A DNA stretch of 64,000 nucleotides from Methanobacteriota archaeon (lineage in GTDB: Archaea; Thermoplasmatota; Thermoplasmata; SG8-5; JAGLSY01). Below, one piece after another: positions 19,591 through 29,373 of this stretch (positions are counted from its first letter, which is position 1; each line of letters opens with the position of its first letter). Position numbers and translations under genes: made by a program. The notes under the pieces were generated by a model. It was not told the DNA's origin and ran no database searches. It worked only from the letters and a program-made list of their open reading frames with translations. The stretch lies in assembly GCA_020697715.1 (NCBI GenBank), contig JAEHCO010000001.1, positions 32,001-96,000 on the forward strand. The letters run 5' to 3'.

Positions 19591-20814
19591 CTATCCCACC
19601 TTGTATCGGAGAATGGCCGCCAGACCATTGAAGGCCTTCATCAGCATTTCTCCTTCTTCCGAATCCATTGAGATCAATTCCACTGTCGTGCCATAGCTTT
19701 CGGCATTCACATATAGCCCTTCGATGACATCCGCTTCCTCATCGATGGCCACATCCCCCGAGCATTTTTTGCATTTTATCTGATTTGGATCATTGATCAT
19801 CTCCTGACCAGATACGCCGCAATCCTTACAGGTGTATTTCACCCGGTATCTGTCAACTCCCTCAGATACCATCAGGACATCCACTGCCCCGGCATTCAGG
19901 GTTTCATAGACCTCGACCTCGCCGTATGCGGTCAAGCCACCATCTGGCTTGCGAAGTTCGTCCATGAACCTTCGCATCAGCTCCTTTTCCTTGGATATGT
20001 CCATATCCTTCAGGGTCATTGTGGCATTTTCCAGAAGCTCTTTAAGGCCGTATTCGTCAGTATAGCCAGTATCAAATGTATTGAGGATCTTGCTATTCAA
20101 TGCGTGATTGAGATAATTCTTATCCGCGAAGAAATTCTTGGTGCTTCCCGGCCCACCAAGGATAATGCCCTTCAAGCCTTCGATCTCCAGAAATGCATCG
20201 TCTGCAATTCCAGCAACTTTCTTGTAATACTCATGGGCTGATATTTCAATTAATCTTTCAAATCTCTGAGCGGACTGGCCACCCTGTCGATGCTTGCCCA
20301 TGATCCTTGATTGGATATTCTTCACCACTTGCAATCTCTTGCCGTTCAGGATACCGATGGTCGCCTCGCTCCTGTCGATCACTATGAGGCCCAGAGTTTC
20401 CTTTTCAATGAGCATGTCCTCCAGAGCGTCCAGGTAAAAATACGAATCACATCTGTAAAGGAATGTGGAGATCGGTTCCGGTGGCTCGATGATGAAACTT
20501 ACTGCAACTGTCTGATCACCGCCAGCAGCCTTGTGCCCGACGAAGAAGGCCAGGCCATTTTCAGGCACTGCTTTATAATTCTTCAATCGGCCCATTATGG
20601 ACTCGATGGCCCAGGACACGTTCTTCTTTGTTGTTCTGGACTTGATATTGGATGACTGGGAAGCCTCATTCCTGAGATATGATACGACATCGTGCACCAT
20701 CTTCTTCTGCGGAATATGGAGTGATATCAGCTCGGTCGCTCTACCCTTGATGCTCTGGATCTCTCTGATCTGTCGCTTGAACTCGTATCTCGCTAATGCA
20801 TCTGGCTTTGCCAT
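19591..20814 (-). CDS. prf1: peptide chain release factor aRF1
   Basis: NIKS, YRCD and GGQS motifs; C-terminal GLAAILRY. Confidence 0.97.
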   Translation of the reverse strand: MAKPDALARYEFKRQIREIQSIKGRATELISLHIPQKKMVHDVVSYLRNEASQSSNIKSRTTKKNVSWAIESIMGRLKNYKAVPENGLAFFVGHKAAGGDQTVAVSFIIEPPEPISTFLYRCDSYFYLDALEDMLIEKETLGLIVIDRSEATIGILNGKRLQVVKNIQSRIMGKHRQGGQSAQRFERLIEISAHEYYKKVAGIADDAFLEIEGLKGIILGGPGSTKNFFADKNYLNHALNSKILNTFDTGYTDEYGLKELLENATMTLKDMDISKEKELMRRFMDELRKPDGGLTAYGEVEVYETLNAGAVDVLMVSEGVDRYRVKYTCKDCGVSGQEMINDPNQIKCKKCSGDVAIDEEADVIEGLYVNAESYGTTVELISMDSEEGEMLMKAFNGLAAILRYKVG

Positions 20815-20947
20815 GTATTGTCCTCGGTATTATATCGGGCACAAGGTATCCACCTTTATATATTTTATATGTTTGAGTTTGAGCACTCCCGCACTCATTA
20901 TCAATAGCAAGTATGAAATATTGATATCTGATTGTTCATGCGATAAT

Positions 20948-21631
20948 ATGGATAATGTAGTTATCTCAATAGGCGGCTCGATACTGGTACCGGACGATCA
21001 TGATACCTCTTACATCAAGGAACTGGCAGACATGCTTCTGAGGATCAAGAAGGATGCGAAGCTGTTCATCGTCGTGGGCGGTGGTCGAATAGCCAGATAT
21101 TATATTCGACTTGGTCGTGACCTTGGAGCTGATGAGTCCTATCTGGATGATGTTGGAATTGCTGTTACCAGGCTCAATTCCCGAATGCTGATTACCGCAC
21201 TTGGGGACAGTGCTTATCACGTGCCAGCCGAGAGCTTTGACGAGGCGATCATGGCCTCTAAAAATCATGATATCGTGATAATGGGTGGCACACATCCAGG
21301 ACACACGACAGACGCAGTTTCCGCCATGCTGGGTGAGCGTGTTGGAGCTGTTCGATTGATCAATGCCACATCCGTTGACGGTGTTTATACATCCGATCCG
21401 AAGAAGGACCCGGATGCCAAGCGCCTGCCCACGGTCAGTTTCCCCGAGCTGGTGCGCATCTGCCTGCAAGTCGAAGGCGGAGCTGGACCCAATGTGGTCT
21501 TCGATCCATTGGGTGCGAAGATAATTGCAAGATCTGGTATCGAGACACGGATCGTGCACGGTCGTGAGCTAGTGGAACTGGAGAAGGCCATACTTGGCAA
21601 GGATTTCCACGGTACCATTGTATCAGAATGA
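20948..21631 (+). CDS. pyrH: UMP kinase
   Basis: From MDNVVISIGGS; VVGGG, GGTHPGHTTDAV, DGVYTSDP. Confidence 0.95.
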   Translation: MDNVVISIGGSILVPDDHDTSYIKELADMLLRIKKDAKLFIVVGGGRIARYYIRLGRDLGADESYLDDVGIAVTRLNSRMLITALGDSAYHVPAESFDEAIMASKNHDIVIMGGTHPGHTTDAVSAMLGERVGAVRLINATSVDGVYTSDPKKDPDAKRLPTVSFPELVRICLQVEGGAGPNVVFDPLGAKIIARSGIETRIVHGRELVELEKAILGKDFHGTIVSE

Positions 21632-21645
21632 GGGGTGTTTGAGAT

Positions 21646-22203
21646 ATGGGAGATAAAATAAGGAGTTTCATCGCTGTCGATATAGGCCGCGTTCCTGAGC
21701 TCTTGAAATTCGTCAAGGCTTTGAGAGATATAGATTCAGATCTCAAGTTCGTAAAGCTGGATAACCTTCATATAACCTTGAAATTCTTGGGTGATATCGA
21801 TGAGGAATTGGTTCCGGAGATCGAGAGCTTTATGAGGAAGGCAGTTGAAGGACATGGACCTTTTGAAATGGATCTGAAAGGTACTGGTGTGTTTCCCAAT
21901 TACAAAAGGATATCAGTGGTATGGGCCGGCCTTGAGAAGACAGAGGTCTTGGCCGATATCGCAGATAAGCTGAACAACAACTTGACCATGATGGGGTTCC
22001 GTCAGGAAAGAAGGGGATTCTCACCTCATATCACGATCGCGAGAGTGGGGAACACTCTGGATACGATCGGCTTGCCGGAAACCGTCAAAAAGTTCGAGAA
22101 CTTGGAGTTCACCACACTTAAGGTCGAGAGGATCATTTTGAAGAAATCCGAGCTCACACCTAAGGGTCCGATCTACTCGGATGTTGTAACTGTTGAGCTA
22201 TAA
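21646..22203 (+). CDS. thpR: RNA 2',3'-cyclic phosphodiesterase (2H family)
   Basis: Two HxT motifs (HITLKFLG, PHITIAR); GPIY. Confidence 0.93.
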   Translation: MGDKIRSFIAVDIGRVPELLKFVKALRDIDSDLKFVKLDNLHITLKFLGDIDEELVPEIESFMRKAVEGHGPFEMDLKGTGVFPNYKRISVVWAGLEKTEVLADIADKLNNNLTMMGFRQERRGFSPHITIARVGNTLDTIGLPETVKKFENLEFTTLKVERIILKKSELTPKGPIYSDVVTVEL

Positions 22204-22235
22204 CTGGCACCTATTGAAAAGGAAATACGAGGGGC

Positions 22236-22313
22236 AGTCGGTTGCCGTAAGCTCATCATAAAACATCAACTGGATGCGGCGAACCAAACGCCGCACGTTC
22301 GAGCTTATGGCCC
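22236..22313 (+). repeat. structured dispersed repeat, family A copy 2
   Basis: GCCGTAAGCTC/GAGCTTATGGC stem enclosing a TGCGGCG/CGCCGCA hairpin. Confidence 0.75.
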
Positions 22314-22343
22314 TAATGATCCACTAATAGATTCTCAGTGTTT

Positions 22344-22748
22344 TCATTTCTTATATTTGTGGATCAACATCTTGTCCCAGTCCACATCATTCTCAAAGCC
22401 CTTGCTTTTCAGATATCGACTCATGGACTCGGTGACCCTGGCCACTTCCAATGACTTGGCTGAATGGTAATGTCCGTAGATGTACATCTCCAGGTCATCT
22501 GATTCTTCCTGGATCGGGAATATCATTCTCATGCGTCCCTGGCGATTGTAACCTTCTGGCTTCTTGTTCTTTTCCAGATCGATGAGGTTCTCCTTTATCA
22601 TCATATTGACCACCTCTTCCTCTTCGGGTGTCTGGTCCGTGTCCTCCAGGAACTTGAGGTACATCTCTGAGAATATAGGTGTGAAGTCCTTGTATTGCAC
22701 ACCCTTGTCAAATTTTATGTGTCCGCTTCTTACTTTCATATTGATCAC
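22344..22748 (-). CDS. hypothetical protein
   Basis: 134-aa ORF filling the gap between genes, with normal protein-like composition. Confidence 0.7.
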   Translation of the reverse strand: MINMKVRSGHIKFDKGVQYKDFTPIFSEMYLKFLEDTDQTPEEEEVVNMMIKENLIDLEKNKKPEGYNRQGRMRMIFPIQEESDDLEMYIYGHYHSAKSLEVARVTESMSRYLKSKGFENDVDWDKMLIHKYKK

Positions 22749-22883
22749 TTTTCTATACTATCCAAAATAGGATGGAGTGATATTTAATGGTTGTGGCTAA
22801 GAATTCGAATGTGTTATTCGGATCAGAAATGAGAATAATAATAATAATAATAAGTAAAGAGGAACAAGCAGAGAAGGATAATA

Positions 22884-22917
22884 AAAAAGAGAAGATTTGC
22901 GGGTCCGAAGACCCGCA
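22884..22917 (-). terminator. hairpin plus pyrimidine/T tract downstream of the pilin gene
   Basis: Minus strand TGCGGGTC-TTCG-GACCCGCA followed by AATCTTCTCTTTTTT. Confidence 0.6.
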
Positions 22918-22945
22918 TTAACTTAGTTGATTAGCGATAGCTGGC

Positions 22946-23452
22946 TTACATATTCAGTAAGCTGCCGCCGCTCATCTGGATCTCTTGTCCGTCTAGGTCG
23001 ACTATTGTAATTTCGTATTCACCAGCCTGTGCGTTTGCCCAGGTCAATGTTACGTAGTCTCCACTGTTTATAAGAGAGTTGGCTCCGATATCAGTTGCTA
23101 CTGCAGTGATATCCTGTCCAGCGCCAGATTTTGCAACAGAAATTGCTGTTGGCGGATTGGCATCAAACGATAATACATAACTAGTGGAATTAACACCAGC
23201 TATTGTTATTGTTATGTCTGTCCATTCGATATCTGTGCTGAACGATCCGAACTTCATTGTTGCGGTTGTTGAAGAGTCCTTATCGAGCTCTGACCAGTTT
23301 CCTGTTGCAGCTACACTGCCTCCACCGCCAAAGTCCATGACCATGACGTAAAGCACAGCAGCCAAAACCACGGTGATAGCGACCATCAAAATGGTAGCAA
23401 TAACCGGAGACACTGCGTCGTCCTTCTTTCTTATATTCCATGTGTTTTTCAT
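22946..23452 (-). CDS. archaeal type IV pilin
   Basis: Class III signal peptide and Pilin_N motif RKKDDA-VSPVIATILMVAITVVLAAVLY; SD GGAGG upstream. Confidence 0.9.
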   Translation of the reverse strand: MKNTWNIRKKDDAVSPVIATILMVAITVVLAAVLYVMVMDFGGGGSVAATGNWSELDKDSSTTATMKFGSFSTDIEWTDITITIAGVNSTSYVLSFDANPPTAISVAKSGAGQDITAVATDIGANSLINSGDYVTLTWANAQAGEYEITIVDLDGQEIQMSGGSLLNM

Positions 23453-23588
23453 ATATTTTGTCCTCCTGTAGACTATAAGCCTACGTAATTATAGATTACA
23501 AGGACAATATATTTATAGTTTTCTCAAAATAATACGGCAATCAACGTATATACATACGGCAAATACCGATGCATTGTGCCTCAAAGGA

Positions 23589-24341
23589 TCATATGTTCTT
23601 TGCGGATATACCCTTATCATCTATGTTGCATGATAAGATCTTAGTTTTCTCTGGGTGATTCCTCACCTTCCTTATCAGCAGATTCCTTGTGAAAGTGGAG
23701 CCCTCTCTGAGCCTCTCCAGTTCTATTGTGATATCCACTATATCCTGGACACCACTTTCCACGCGATTGTCAAAAACCCCTTTCAGCATCGTGACGAGGG
23801 CTATGCCATTATTTAGTTGAGTATGAGCCTTGATGGTCCTTATGGCGGAAAGCACATCAGCCTCATCATAATACTCTAGGAAGAAATCCAGAGAATCCAA
23901 TACGATCCTAAATGGTGGTTTGAGCTTCGATATACCATATGTGAGCGTGGTCAGGAAATTGACATCCATGCTTTGTTCAGCCTGGGCGGCATTGAATTGC
24001 TTGATATCTCGCATTTTCAATCCTTCCTGGCGATACTTGCTAACTTCCAGGTTCTTGGCCAGAACCTTCTCATAATACATCTTGCCGATATTCACGACCC
24101 TGATATCCTGCTTCCACCCGAATTCACCCATGGCGGTCTTAACAGCCTCATCACTTTCAGTGGTGGAGAAATAGGTAACGTTCTCATTTCCTATTCCAGC
24201 TGCTGCAAACTGCTTGGCAAATAGCTCGACACCGGTTCCGGGTATACCGGTGATCAATATCGTACATCCTTTCGGAACACCATCCATCAGGGATTTATCC
24301 AGCTCCTTCACACCTATGCTGGTAGTTTCGATCAAACTCAT
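23589..24341 (-). CDS. KaiC/RAD55-family ATPase-like protein lacking the Walker A lysine
   Basis: SIGVKELD..LMDGVP, GIPGTGVE, IVLDSL, RNLLIRKVR. Confidence 0.85.
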   Translation of the reverse strand: MSLIETTSIGVKELDKSLMDGVPKGCTILITGIPGTGVELFAKQFAAAGIGNENVTYFSTTESDEAVKTAMGEFGWKQDIRVVNIGKMYYEKVLAKNLEVSKYRQEGLKMRDIKQFNAAQAEQSMDVNFLTTLTYGISKLKPPFRIVLDSLDFFLEYYDEADVLSAIRTIKAHTQLNNGIALVTMLKGVFDNRVESGVQDIVDITIELERLREGSTFTRNLLIRKVRNHPEKTKILSCNIDDKGISAKNI

Positions 24342-24910
24342 TCACCCCCTATGGTTATCGTGGTATCACATACCAACTTCATCATATTGGATATCTCTTC
24401 AGTGCTGAACTCTTCCATTGTGAAGACCATGGAATAGGCATCCTTGGCTCTCAGATTGTTTATGAATATATGCAAGAATTCGGACAGGATCTTCATATTA
24501 TTGTGAATACCCAGGGCATTTATGGCATCTAAAACAATGACATTGTTCTTGCCATCTGATTTCCTTATGAGGTATTCCACCTTCAGCATGATGTTCTCCA
24601 GCATGGTGGGGCTTTCCACATAGAGCACGTTCTTGTATTTCTTGGCCCCTCCGACCATGATATGGGAAACACAGTCCACGAAGTAAATATTGGTAAGATC
24701 GATCTCCAGGATCTTCAAGACATCGATTATTGAATGTGATGGAATAGCCACCGTGATGTAGATGACATTCAAATTCTTCTTATTGGCGAAGATATCCACT
24801 ATTCCCCTTATGGCATCGAAATAACTATCACTGACTATCTTCAGGTTTATAGCGGATGAAGGTGGGAGCTCATGAAGCTCATCTGCCAGATCGCCAGGTG
24901 ATTTGATCAT
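24338..24910 (-). CDS. degenerate KaiC-like (RecA-fold) protein
   Basis: IYIT, YFVDC, IVLDAINAL, LVCDTTI; no P-loop; lies between two KaiC-like genes. Confidence 0.65.
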   Translation of the reverse strand: MIKSPGDLADELHELPPSSAINLKIVSDSYFDAIRGIVDIFANKKNLNVIYITVAIPSHSIIDVLKILEIDLTNIYFVDCVSHIMVGGAKKYKNVLYVESPTMLENIMLKVEYLIRKSDGKNNVIVLDAINALGIHNNMKILSEFLHIFINNLRAKDAYSMVFTMEEFSTEEISNMMKLVCDTTITIGGE

Positions 24911-25659
24911 AGACCACCACCGCCCTTGAGCAATGGAACAAGTAATACGCCCGCGGGTGTCAGATCCAGAACATATTTCGCTCTGGAATGTACTGTTCCT
25001 CTCATTTTCACCACTTGCAATGTCCTCAGAAGGTCTCCCCTCCGCTCATAATTCCCCATAAGGACGATACCATCCGCGATGGCTTCCTCCACCCCGTAGA
25101 GCGAGTACCTGTCGGCAGATGGTGATATTTCGGATATCAGAAGACTGGTGCAACCCCTGGTAGAAAGAGCTTTTCCTATCTTCAATATGAATTCCCTTAT
25201 CTTCTCCTCTGTTTTCAATCTGTAGCAAACGGAGGTTATGGAATCTATGACCAATCTTTTGACAGAAAGCTCATCCACGAGGTTACCCAGTGCACGAACC
25301 AGAGTGTCGACATCCTCCAGACTGAACTCCACATTTGTCAAACCCAATCTCTCATAGATGACTGGCATATCGACGAATGCCAGTTTTCCTGTTTTTATCA
25401 GGGATTCCTCAAAGAAATCATATGGGATGACATTCGTGGTAAGTTTCTCAGATGATTCTGTAACTGAAACAAAAAGTGAATTCTCATCGGCCAGAGCCCC
25501 ATGCACTAAAAATTCAAGGGACAGTGTGGTCTTTCCAGTACCGCAACTGCCTGTGAACAAAATGGTATTTCCTCTGGGTATTCCTCCATTTAGAATATTA
25601 TCCAAACCATCTATTCCTGTAACGCAACGTTCTCTCTCAATGATATTTTCTGAGGCCAT
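24907..25659 (-). CDS. KaiC/RAD55-family ATPase (single domain)
   Basis: TGIDGLDNILNGGIP, GSCGTGKT, LVIDS, GVEEAIADG, VVKMRG. Confidence 0.92.
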   Translation of the reverse strand: MASENIIERERCVTGIDGLDNILNGGIPRGNTILFTGSCGTGKTTLSLEFLVHGALADENSLFVSVTESSEKLTTNVIPYDFFEESLIKTGKLAFVDMPVIYERLGLTNVEFSLEDVDTLVRALGNLVDELSVKRLVIDSITSVCYRLKTEEKIREFILKIGKALSTRGCTSLLISEISPSADRYSLYGVEEAIADGIVLMGNYERRGDLLRTLQVVKMRGTVHSRAKYVLDLTPAGVLLVPLLKGGGGL

Positions 25660-25812
25660 GATTTCCGTTCTCCAATATAGCTAACCATATTTTAATCATT
25701 TGCATAAGGATGGATTAATTTGTAATTACCTGCAAATCTATTTATAAGTCTTAACAGATATATAAAAAACTGTCCATAACATCAAGCAGACATCAAGTAG
25801 GAGACTGGCACT

Positions 25813-28800
25813 TTGAGCGATTCCACACTTTACCTATGCCCATTTTGTGGCGCCTTCATAAACGAGGAGGCCGAGGTTTGTCCCAATTGCAGCAAACCAT
25901 TGGAAGAGGAGGTGGAAGGTGGATTCGAGAAAGAGCTGGATGATCTTATAGATGAAGATCTCAATGCCATGTCAGGAAGTGAATCCTGTCCCAGATGTGG
26001 AAAGCAGCTGGAAGAAGGATCATTAGAATGCCTGGATTGCAATATGAAGATCGAGGATGGACTGGAACCCGCATCTGAAGGAGAAGAGGAAGGAGTGGCT
26101 CTATTCCTTTGTTCAGGATGTGGGGCTTTTATCAATTCGAATTCCAATGAATGCCCCAAATGTGGTATTTCACTTGATGATGAGGCTGAAGAAGAACATG
26201 ATTTTGTAGAATATGATAATGAATTGCTGGATCTCCTTGTTGAGAATGAGCCAGATGAAGAAGATGAGCTTATCCTGGAGTTGGATAGCATAGATGATCC
26301 AGAAGATCTGATATCGGTCATTGACAAGATGCCGGATATTGAAGATGAAGAGCTATTCGATGATGAACCAGATATCGTACTTGATCTTGATCTGGCAGAT
26401 GACGATCCGGAAGGCGATCTTCTTCACATGAACATTGATGATGAAATAGAGAAGACCAGGATAGTGGAATCCATTAGCGAAAGGGTAGCCGGAGAAGTGG
26501 CTATCGAAAGTGATAGTGGAGATGAGATCATGCTCTGTGGAGAGTGTGGAGCATTTGTCTCCCAATCTTCAAAGGAATGTAATGTTTGTGGAAATGACAT
26601 AAGACCTGGCAGCCATCTGGCTATTGAAAAAGATGAGATCCCCTCAGAGAATGATGGCGAAAATACAGAGACCGCCCTGAGGTCCATACTTGGGATATTG
26701 GATGATGTCATACTTGATCCGGATCCAATGGCAGATCATGAGGATGATATTGGCATATGCCAGAAATGTGGAGCTTTCATACCTCATGGCGAGAGTGCGT
26801 GTCCCGTATGTCATGCGGACAAAAAGAGTCTTCCAGATATCATATACACGGAACTGCCTATAGATGATCATGATTCTATGTCCATTTGCGGGGATTGTGG
26901 AGCTTTTGTCAAATCCGATTCAGATACATGTAATGTTTGTGGAGCCAAGGTCGATGCCGATATGCTAAGATCCATAGAGCCAGATGATGTCTTGGAGATG
27001 GGGATGGATGCGGATGACCCAATGGATATTCTGAAAAAAGCACTGGGTGTGCTGGAATTACGAGATACGACACCAGAGGAAAGGATCGGTGGAGAACTGG
27101 ATCTATGTCCGGATTGTGGTGCTTTCGTCTCAGCTAATGCCAAATCATGCTCCATTTGTGGCAGCGATCTGATCCAGGGCACGGATATAAGCCTGGATGA
27201 TGGCATAGTCATGGATCTGGATGATGGATCGGTCATTCTTTCAGACAGTGTTTGTCCCAATTGTGGCTCCAAGTTCGGGGTCGGGGCAGGAGATTGTGAG
27301 GTTTGTGGCTTCACATTCCTCGGTGATGAAAGTGATCATGACGAGAAGGAAATGTCCTATGAAGACAGGGTGGACATATCGGATATCATAGAATTCGAGG
27401 TTCCAGAATTGACAAAGGAAAGCGCTATCGATCACCTCAATGAAATGGAAGATGATATGGATGATCTAATTCTGGATGAAGTAAAGCCTGAATCATCTGC
27501 CGAGGTTAAGAGTGGGGAACTATCCAATGAAGAAAAGCTGGCCAGGATAGAAAAGGCCTATGAAGAAGGGCAACTTAGCAAGGCCAATTACATAATCAAC
27601 AAGGCCAAGTTCTACGGACTTGTTCAGGAAATGAATGAGATAGAAGATGACCTGGATGAGCTTTTGATAGATATTGATGAGACGATGGCCGAGACCGTGG
27701 AAGTGCCGACCGAAGAGGATGAAATAGAAAGTCTGGAGCTTGGAGATCTTCATCTGAATATCGATCCAGATGCTCAGGACGACGAGGATACCCAGCCAGA
27801 TGTGGAAATGGAATATGATGATCTGTCCCTTTCAGAAGATGACATCAAAGAAGGCATCCATGACGGAAAATATGATGATATCATCGAATTCGATGATCAG
27901 GATCTGGATCTAACCCAGGATGATACTTATCAGGAAGATCTGGATGAGCATATTGAAACTTATGAGGAAGAGGATGAGACCTCGAAAGAGGATGAAACCT
28001 CGGATGAGGATGTCATATACGAAGAGGTCGAGGTCTATGTGGACGAAGATGGCCAGGAAATAGAATATGAAGAGGTCGAGGTAAATGAGGATGACATCGA
28101 AGAGTATGAGGAGGATGTCGATGATCCTGAAGGAACCGATTTAGATGATCATGACCCCGAGGAAACATATTTCGAAGAGGAAGACGAGATCCATGTACCC
28201 TTCAGATCACATGCCATGGCGGAGACCACTGGAGGACCGCAATATCTCAATCATTCCGGATGGGAATATGGTGTCATCGCATCACTTCTTACATCCCTCT
28301 TCTATGTCGCGCTTTCCTCATACATACCCATCAATCCCATATCATTGGCCATAATATTTGGCGTGATACTTATCTTCGCCTTCATAATGATGGTCACATC
28401 AAGATCCATATTCATGAAAGGCGATCTGTACCGTGGTTCCGTGTTCATGATAGGCGGAGTGATAATTTCTTTCATCCTGCTCCATTGGTTCGCGGATATC
28501 ATGATCGATGATCCGATGGTGGACAAAATGCTACTGTCGATAGGAATAATGATGATCGGTATAGGAATAATCTGGATAAGGGGCAAGATCCGATATATCC
28601 ATCTCTGGTTATCCGGCACCATATTCCTATTTCTGTTCTCCATAGGAGAGCTTTATTATTTCGAGCAATGGGCCTATTCCCCCATCCAGCCACCAGGAGC
28701 GATAGTGGCTGGGATCGGGATATCTCTGATCGTGGCCAGTTCCATACTGCTGGCCTATGAGAGAAGTCTACACACTTCGATAGAGACGGAGATCGTTCGA

Positions 28801-29373
28801 GGAGATATGGACTATCTCAATAAGAATTACAAGAAGGCATTGCATTCCTATGATAGGGCGCTTGAGAAAAGCACCCTGAAGACCGAATCCGCATTGAAGG
28901 CAGATGATACCAGGGAATACGATGTCCCATGGTACAGTAAAGGTGCGACCCTGATATTGATGGGTAATTTGAAAGAAGGAATTGAATGTCTGGATATGGC
29001 TCTATCCATAAATCCCAATAACGAGGTCGCATGGGTGAGCAAGGGAAATGCCTATTCAAAGCTCGGGGACATGAGCAGTGCTTTGGAATCATATAACAAT
29101 GCATTGATCGCGAACCCCAGATACATAATAGCCTGGAACAATAGAGGTAATGCATTTGCCAGGAAGGAGAATTATATCGAAGCCCTGAAGAACTATAACA
29201 GGGCGATCAAGCTGGATCCAGATTATAAGGACGCGTGGATCAATAAGGGCTATGTCCTGATGAAGATGGGAAAGCAGGATGAGGCGCTCAAATGTGTGTC
29301 GATGATAGGGGAGAAAAAGATGGGACAGCATGGAGCAGCCAGTACCAATGGCAGTACTAAGGCCTCTGCCTGA
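25813..29373 (+). CDS. giant acidic membrane protein: 8 zinc ribbons, about 6 TM helices, C-terminal TPRs
   Basis: Eight CxxC-x~10-CxxC units (most CxxCGAF), Asp/Glu-rich linker, hydrophobic block, TPR motifs AWVSKG, AWNNRG, AWINKG. Confidence 0.85.
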   Translation: MSDSTLYLCPFCGAFINEEAEVCPNCSKPLEEEVEGGFEKELDDLIDEDLNAMSGSESCPRCGKQLEEGSLECLDCNMKIEDGLEPASEGEEEGVALFLCSGCGAFINSNSNECPKCGISLDDEAEEEHDFVEYDNELLDLLVENEPDEEDELILELDSIDDPEDLISVIDKMPDIEDEELFDDEPDIVLDLDLADDDPEGDLLHMNIDDEIEKTRIVESISERVAGEVAIESDSGDEIMLCGECGAFVSQSSKECNVCGNDIRPGSHLAIEKDEIPSENDGENTETALRSILGILDDVILDPDPMADHEDDIGICQKCGAFIPHGESACPVCHADKKSLPDIIYTELPIDDHDSMSICGDCGAFVKSDSDTCNVCGAKVDADMLRSIEPDDVLEMGMDADDPMDILKKALGVLELRDTTPEERIGGELDLCPDCGAFVSANAKSCSICGSDLIQGTDISLDDGIVMDLDDGSVILSDSVCPNCGSKFGVGAGDCEVCGFTFLGDESDHDEKEMSYEDRVDISDIIEFEVPELTKESAIDHLNEMEDDMDDLILDEVKPESSAEVKSGELSNEEKLARIEKAYEEGQLSKANYIINKAKFYGLVQEMNEIEDDLDELLIDIDETMAETVEVPTEEDEIESLELGDLHLNIDPDAQDDEDTQPDVEMEYDDLSLSEDDIKEGIHDGKYDDIIEFDDQDLDLTQDDTYQEDLDEHIETYEEEDETSKEDETSDEDVIYEEVEVYVDEDGQEIEYEEVEVNEDDIEEYEEDVDDPEGTDLDDHDPEETYFEEEDEIHVPFRSHAMAETTGGPQYLNHSGWEYGVIASLLTSLFYVALSSYIPINPISLAIIFGVILIFAFIMMVTSRSIFMKGDLYRGSVFMIGGVIISFILLHWFADIMIDDPMVDKMLLSIGIMMIGIGIIWIRGKIRYIHLWLSGTIFLFLFSIGELYYFEQWAYSPIQPPGAIVAGIGISLIVASSILLAYERSLHTSIETEIVRGDMDYLNKNYKKALHSYDRALEKSTLKTESALKADDTREYDVPWYSKGATLILMGNLKEGIECLDMALSINPNNEVAWVSKGNAYSKLGDMSSALESYNNALIANPRYIIAWNNRGNAFARKENYIEALKNYNRAIKLDPDYKDAWINKGYVLMKMGKQDEALKCVSMIGEKKMGQHGAASTNGSTKASA

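Noticed and set aside
20597-20947. Long N-terminal extension of pyrH in the ORF track
   Set aside because: It overlaps prf1 on the opposite strand; UMP kinase similarity starts at 20948.
22268-22304. Resemblance of family A copy 2 to group II intron domain V (GGATGCG...CGCACGT)
   Set aside because: No AGC triad, the other two copies lack the motif, and there is no intron body or reverse transcriptase.
23589-25659. Circadian clock operon
   Set aside because: Single-domain proteins without the CII Ser/Thr phosphosites; no kaiA or kaiB in the window.
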